This document shows positions 60,055 through 64,000 of a stretch of DNA of 64,000 nucleotides, one piece after another. Under the pieces are notes generated by a model. That model did not search any database. It had not been told where the DNA came from and worked only from the letters and a program-made list of their open reading frames with translations. Both the position numbers and the translations under genes were made by a program. This DNA comes from an uncultured Candidatus Saccharibacteria bacterium (lineage in GTDB: Bacteria > Patescibacteriota > Minisyncoccia > Phycocordibacterales > PALSA-1337). The first letter of the stretch is position 1; each line of letters begins with the position of its first letter. Location of the stretch: contig CAYMXR010000001.1 of NCBI GenBank assembly GCA_964394505.1, positions 9,878 through 73,877 on the forward strand, given 5' to 3'.

Positions 60055-60310
60055 TTTTATTGCTCTATGCTAGTATTCTGTCGTAGTAGATTTGTAGTCT
60101 TTAAATACTGTATTTGTCTAAATATTTCGTTTATTTTTTCTTCTACTCTTTCGAGCCCGTAAACCTCTAAGCAATGGCCTTCCGAGGTTTGGGCATAGTG
60201 CTAAGGACATCTTGGTTGTAACGCTTCGGCGTTGCGTACTGGTATTATCCTCGGGACTCTGCCTCGCATAACGCATCACGCGATATGATATTGCTTAGAG
60301 ATTTATGTTC

Positions 60311-60441
60311 TTGAAGAGAACTTCCAAATTTGACGCATTTTTTCGTCATTTCGCTCATGTGCCCCTGCAATGTATAGGCAATACATTTTAGTCGCGCATT
60401 TCGCTCATTCCTCAAACTGCATTCAAATTTGGAAGTTCTCA
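60311..60441. repeat. Imperfect inverted repeat, CGCATTT/CCTCRAACTGCAT family, copy 1
   Basis: gagaacttccaaatttga...tcaaatttggaagttctc. Confidence 0.75.
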
Positions 60442-60525
60442 CAGCACTCCTTCTTTCTGCATCCTACCCCTGTCCACAGGAAAAAAGCAATTGACAGTGG
60501 GGATAATTTTGAGTTTGAGTGAATT

Positions 60526-60645
60526 GGACGTACACACTCGGCGCATTTCTTCGTTGCTTCGTTCGTTTGAAATCAAGCAGTATTACTATACAGCTTGATT
60601 TCAAGCCTCACTTGCGCCTCGAACTGCATCCAAGTGTGTACGTCC
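60526..60645. repeat. Imperfect inverted repeat, CGCATTT/CCTCRAACTGCAT family, copy 2
   Basis: ggacgtacacact...agtgtgtacgtcc with inner tgaaatcaagc/gcttgatttca. Confidence 0.75.
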
Positions 60646-60664
60646 TAATTATTAAAATCAAAAA

Positions 60665-62338
60665 CTAATCTTGTAAAGCGATAACCCTCTCAAGTTCTTC
60701 CAAAGAAGTAATACCTTGAAGAGCTTTTAATACTCCATCTTGACGCATGTTCAAAATACCTTGACCCTTGGCGGCGGCCCAGATCTCGCGGTCGTTCGGA
60801 TTCATCTCTACCGCATCTTCGATTTTTTTATCAGTTAATATTGCCTCGTATACTCCAATTCTACCTTTGTAGCCGGTGTTGTTACATTTGTCGCAACCTA
60901 CAGGTATCCAAATTTTTGACCTTTCGCTAGGTACTAAACTTTTATCTTCTATTTCATTTATTATAATTTCTACCTCTTTTTGCATCTCTCCTTCGAGTGG
61001 AATTTCCTTTCTACAATACAGACAAAGTTTACGTGCCAATCTTTGGGCCATCGCCACGCGGATAGCCGAGGTTATGACTTTTGAATTGACTCCAAGGTCT
61101 ATAAGACGGGGAAATGTACCAGCAGCGTTATTTGTGTGCAATGTCGAGAAGACCATGTGACCCGTGAGAGCAGAATTTACGGCAATACTTGCGGTTTCAT
61201 TGTCGCGGATTTCGCCGATCATTATTACATCCGGATCTTGGCGGACCGTAGCTCGCAAACCTTCGGCAAAGTTGTAACCTTTTTCATTGACTTGAGTCTG
61301 TACTATCCCTTCTAGGTGGTATTCGATAGGGTCTTCAAGGGTGATAATTTTTAGATCAGGTGAATGAATCTTTTTTAGGAACGAATAGAGCGTTGTTGTT
61401 TTTCCAGAACCTGTAGGTCCAGTGGTTAGGATCATGCCATCTGGGCGAGTCATTTCTTTGAGTAAAATGTTGAGCAGTTTTGGATGTATACCTAAACTTT
61501 CTAGTGGAACATCTATCGATTTTGGATTGAGAAGACGCATCACAACAGATTCATTGTAAGCTCCGGGGAGGATCGATACGCGCACTTCGATATCTCCAAT
61601 TGCGAGTTTTATACTAAACCTTCCATCTTGGTTGTCTTTTTTGATATTCAATTTCATTCCCGAGATGAGTTTGATACGCGAAAGGAGTAGGGCATATGTG
61701 TCATTGTCAAAGCGGATAATGTCATGAAGAACACCGTCTAGGCGATAGCGAAGCAAGGCATAACCCTGCTCTGGTTCGAAATGAATGTCGGAGGCATCTA
61801 ATGCAAGAGCTCCAGCCACGGATGTTTCCAAAATTCTAGAAACCCTGTAACTCATTCGGGTCGCAAGTAATGTTTGGAGAATCTTAACCACATCAGGCAA
61901 GGTCTTGGTTTGGTTTATTATCTTAGTGATTTCTTCATTAGAAATTTCTAGTGAACCAGCTTTGCTTTCGTAAGCAAAAGAGAGGTCTTTGTAACCAAGC
62001 CAAGCTTTCTCTAGGCTTTGAGTGGAAGCTATGTTTAATTCTGGGGTATAACCTTTGGCTCTAAGTCCTTCTAGAACGGCGACAACTTTTTCGTCTTCTG
62101 GGTTTCTAGATGCAACTTTGATTTTTTTATCAACAATGGCGTACCCGGCCACTTGGGCATTTCTAGCGGTTGTTTCGTCTATCAATCGCAGAGCGTCGGT
62201 GTTTATGTTTATCGAGATAAGATTGACATAATCGAGGCCGTATTTACCGGAAAGAACCTGAACGAGATCCTCCTCTTCTTTGTGTAAAAGATCATTCAGT
62301 TTTCTCTTTTGTTTGTCTTCGTCGAATGTGATGGTCAT
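60665..62338 (-). CDS. Second PilB/GspE-family ATPase (retains Zn-binding Cys pairs)
   Basis: ASDIHFEP, GPTGSGKT, RQDPDVIMIGEIRD, CLYC/CDKC. Confidence 0.93.
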   Translation of the reverse strand: MTITFDEDKQKRKLNDLLHKEEEDLVQVLSGKYGLDYVNLISININTDALRLIDETTARNAQVAGYAIVDKKIKVASRNPEDEKVVAVLEGLRAKGYTPELNIASTQSLEKAWLGYKDLSFAYESKAGSLEISNEEITKIINQTKTLPDVVKILQTLLATRMSYRVSRILETSVAGALALDASDIHFEPEQGYALLRYRLDGVLHDIIRFDNDTYALLLSRIKLISGMKLNIKKDNQDGRFSIKLAIGDIEVRVSILPGAYNESVVMRLLNPKSIDVPLESLGIHPKLLNILLKEMTRPDGMILTTGPTGSGKTTTLYSFLKKIHSPDLKIITLEDPIEYHLEGIVQTQVNEKGYNFAEGLRATVRQDPDVIMIGEIRDNETASIAVNSALTGHMVFSTLHTNNAAGTFPRLIDLGVNSKVITSAIRVAMAQRLARKLCLYCRKEIPLEGEMQKEVEIIINEIEDKSLVPSERSKIWIPVGCDKCNNTGYKGRIGVYEAILTDKKIEDAVEMNPNDREIWAAAKGQGILNMRQDGVLKALQGITSLEELERVIALQD

Positions 62339-62532
62339 GTAAACATTATAGCGCATAAGAGGGAAGTTCTGCGAATGCTATATTTTCCGCGAGGTGTTGT
62401 GGAGGGCGAGGTCGGACCTCGCCCTCCAATCGATCTTGACAAGTGAGGTCTATCCGTGCTAGTATCATAAGCGAATCTCAAGGCTGTGTGGTCTTGGGGA
62501 AAAACAACAATTCAGAAATCGGAGAACTTAGA

Positions 62533-62826
62533 ATGAAGACTCAATATTTTTTGTCGGCACTGGTCGCTTTACTGGTGTGCACCTCGGGGTGCGGGACTTT
62601 CAACAACGAGACAGTGAAGTTCACGGATACCAAGTTCGATCCTGGGACCACAAATGTGGTGTCCAGGACTGAGTTCGAACAGGTTAACCGATCTCGGTCG
62701 TTTAACCAGCCTGGTTCGTCCGTCGGCCACGACGGCACGTTTCTTCGGTTTCGGGCTTCGGTTGGGGGTGGAGCTCCGTATCAACCTATCTGGATCCAGC
62801 AGGGTCCCTACAGGTACTCCCAATGA
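62533..62826 (+). CDS. Small orphan lipoprotein (GC-richer cassette)
   Basis: MKTQYFLSALVALLVCTSGC lipobox-like; GGAG SD; TTGACA..TAGTAT promoter. Confidence 0.6.
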   Translation: MKTQYFLSALVALLVCTSGCGTFNNETVKFTDTKFDPGTTNVVSRTEFEQVNRSRSFNQPGSSVGHDGTFLRFRASVGGGAPYQPIWIQQGPYRYSQ

Positions 62827-63117
62827 ATGGTTTATCAGTTCGGAACGCCGATCAGTAATCGGTACCGAAATGACTAACCTCCCAGCTTCACTTCGGCCGC
62901 TTTCTCCATTGGGGAAGGCGGCCTCAACTTTTTATGAGACTATTTCTAGTTGATTTGAGATGGTAATAATAAGGCGAGGGCAGTAAGATTTTGAGCCATT
63001 AGAATGTAGCAGACCATTGACTTTTCTTTATATATAGTATATAATGCTACCATAAGATTAATTTCAATACACGGCTTAATGGAGGCCTAAATCAGATCGG
63101 GTAATCACGAAAATTAT

Positions 63118-63540
63118 ATGAAAAACACAAATAATTCAAAGATCATCCTTGTAGCATTGGCAGTAATGCTCGCTTTTGGCGTTGTTTCTATTATGCCAGA
63201 AAGTGCAAATGCTGGTTACGGCTACTCTGAATCTGGTTATTATGGTAGTGGTGCCAACTATTACGGTTCTTATTATGACGGCAGTGGACACGGTTATTAT
63301 TCTGGTGGCATGTATGTTCAAGGTTTAGCCGGACAACAGTCACCATGGTACCCATCTATAGTTGTGCCGATCGAGAGTCAAAGTTTCTTCATAGAACAAA
63401 CTTGGAGAAATTACGGCTTTAGTAGTCGTGACCTTAAACCTTTTTCTAACTCCTACTCTAGTCAATATTACAACTCCTACTCAAATTCCTACCATCCAGT
63501 ACAAAATTCTGGTGGCTTAAGAGGTGGTTACGGATATTAA
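63118..63540 (+). CDS. Secreted Gly/Tyr/Ser-rich protein
   Basis: Signal peptide ending ANA; low-complexity GY repeats. Confidence 0.7.
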   Translation: MKNTNNSKIILVALAVMLAFGVVSIMPESANAGYGYSESGYYGSGANYYGSYYDGSGHGYYSGGMYVQGLAGQQSPWYPSIVVPIESQSFFIEQTWRNYGFSSRDLKPFSNSYSSQYYNSYSNSYHPVQNSGGLRGGYGY

Positions 63541-63555
63541 GACTACCGGGATGTC

Positions 63556-63651
63556 TTCCTCGACTTCCCTCGACTTCGCTCCCTCGACTGGTTCGACAGG
63601 CTCACCACAAGAAAGCTCGGGACAAGATCGGGATAAATCGCTCGGAATAGA
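63556..63651 (+). repeat. Four-deep nest of TCGA..CTC palindromic modules
   Basis: See findings. Confidence 0.85.
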
Positions 63652-63680
63652 CCTCATCCTTTTTGTGATATATTATTTAC

Positions 63681-64000
63681 ATGCAAAAACGCATCTCGCA
63701 TAGCCTAGAAGAAACAGATCAAATTGCCCGAGAGTGGCTTTTGGAAATGGAGACGAAATACGCGCAAAGAGACAGAGCTCTCGTCGTCGGCTTGTCCGGA
63801 CATCTAGGGGCAGGCAAGACCGCTTTTGTAAAAGCGGTGGCGAAGGCTTTGGAAATAGAGGAATCGGTTACAAGTCCGACTTTTGTCATAATGAAGATGT
63901 ACGACTGCCGATCCATTCAATGGAAAAAACTAATACACATTGATCTATATCGCCTAGAAAAGAAAGAAGAGATGGTTGCGTTAAAATTGGAAGAAGTGAT
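63681..64000 (+). CDS. tsaE: tRNA t6A biosynthesis ATPase TsaE (partial)
   Basis: MQKRISHSLEET, GLSGHLGAGKTAFVK, VTSPTFVIMK, LIHIDLYRL; runs off window. Confidence 0.93.
   Translation, partial: MQKRISHSLEETDQIAREWLLEMETKYAQRDRALVVGLSGHLGAGKTAFVKAVAKALEIEESVTSPTFVIMKMYDCRSIQWKKLIHIDLYRLEKKEEMVALKLEEV

Noticed and set aside
341-63943. Numerous short antisense or alternate-frame ORFs in the track
   Set aside because: Shadows of well-supported genes with no independent signals
1-64000. Stop-codon reassignment (genetic code 25)
   Set aside because: Conserved genes translate full length in code 11 and TGA serves as a stop (e.g. pcrA and the CYTH gene)

Overview
Chromosomal segment of a Patescibacteria/CPR (Parcubacteria-like) bacterium. 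This assignment is inferred from gene content, short tig/yebC variants, two type IV pilus ATPases and a PrgI/VirB4/VirB6/pilin-like locus. The window spans the probable replication origin (yidC-rnpA-rpmH-dnaA-dnaN). It holds housekeeping genes (nusA, hppA, tig, rsmE, clpP, rny, hup, cca, xth, a Xer-type recombinase, rpsO, pnp, comM, pcrA, rsmA, PBP1A, ruvC/yebC/ruvB, tsaE) and four tRNAs. The most unusual signals are non-coding. (1) A family of ~24-nt palindromic modules with a CAAG/TAAA tail inserts precisely into the loops of other hairpins and of each other, up to 4 deep, once in-frame inside rsmE. (2) A ~460-nt ORF-free, highly base-paired region after cca looks like a large ncRNA. (3) A 6S-like hairpin lies upstream of rny. 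(4) A 3.3-kb CYTH/HIT/Rossmann/HTH island is bounded by 71-bp direct repeats. (5) An HTH + LAGLIDADG-like ORF carries the promoter and 5' end of tRNA-Arg. (6) A few GC-richer, SD-led orphan cassettes sit in an apparently leaderless genome. All calls are by eye; no searches or folding programs were run.
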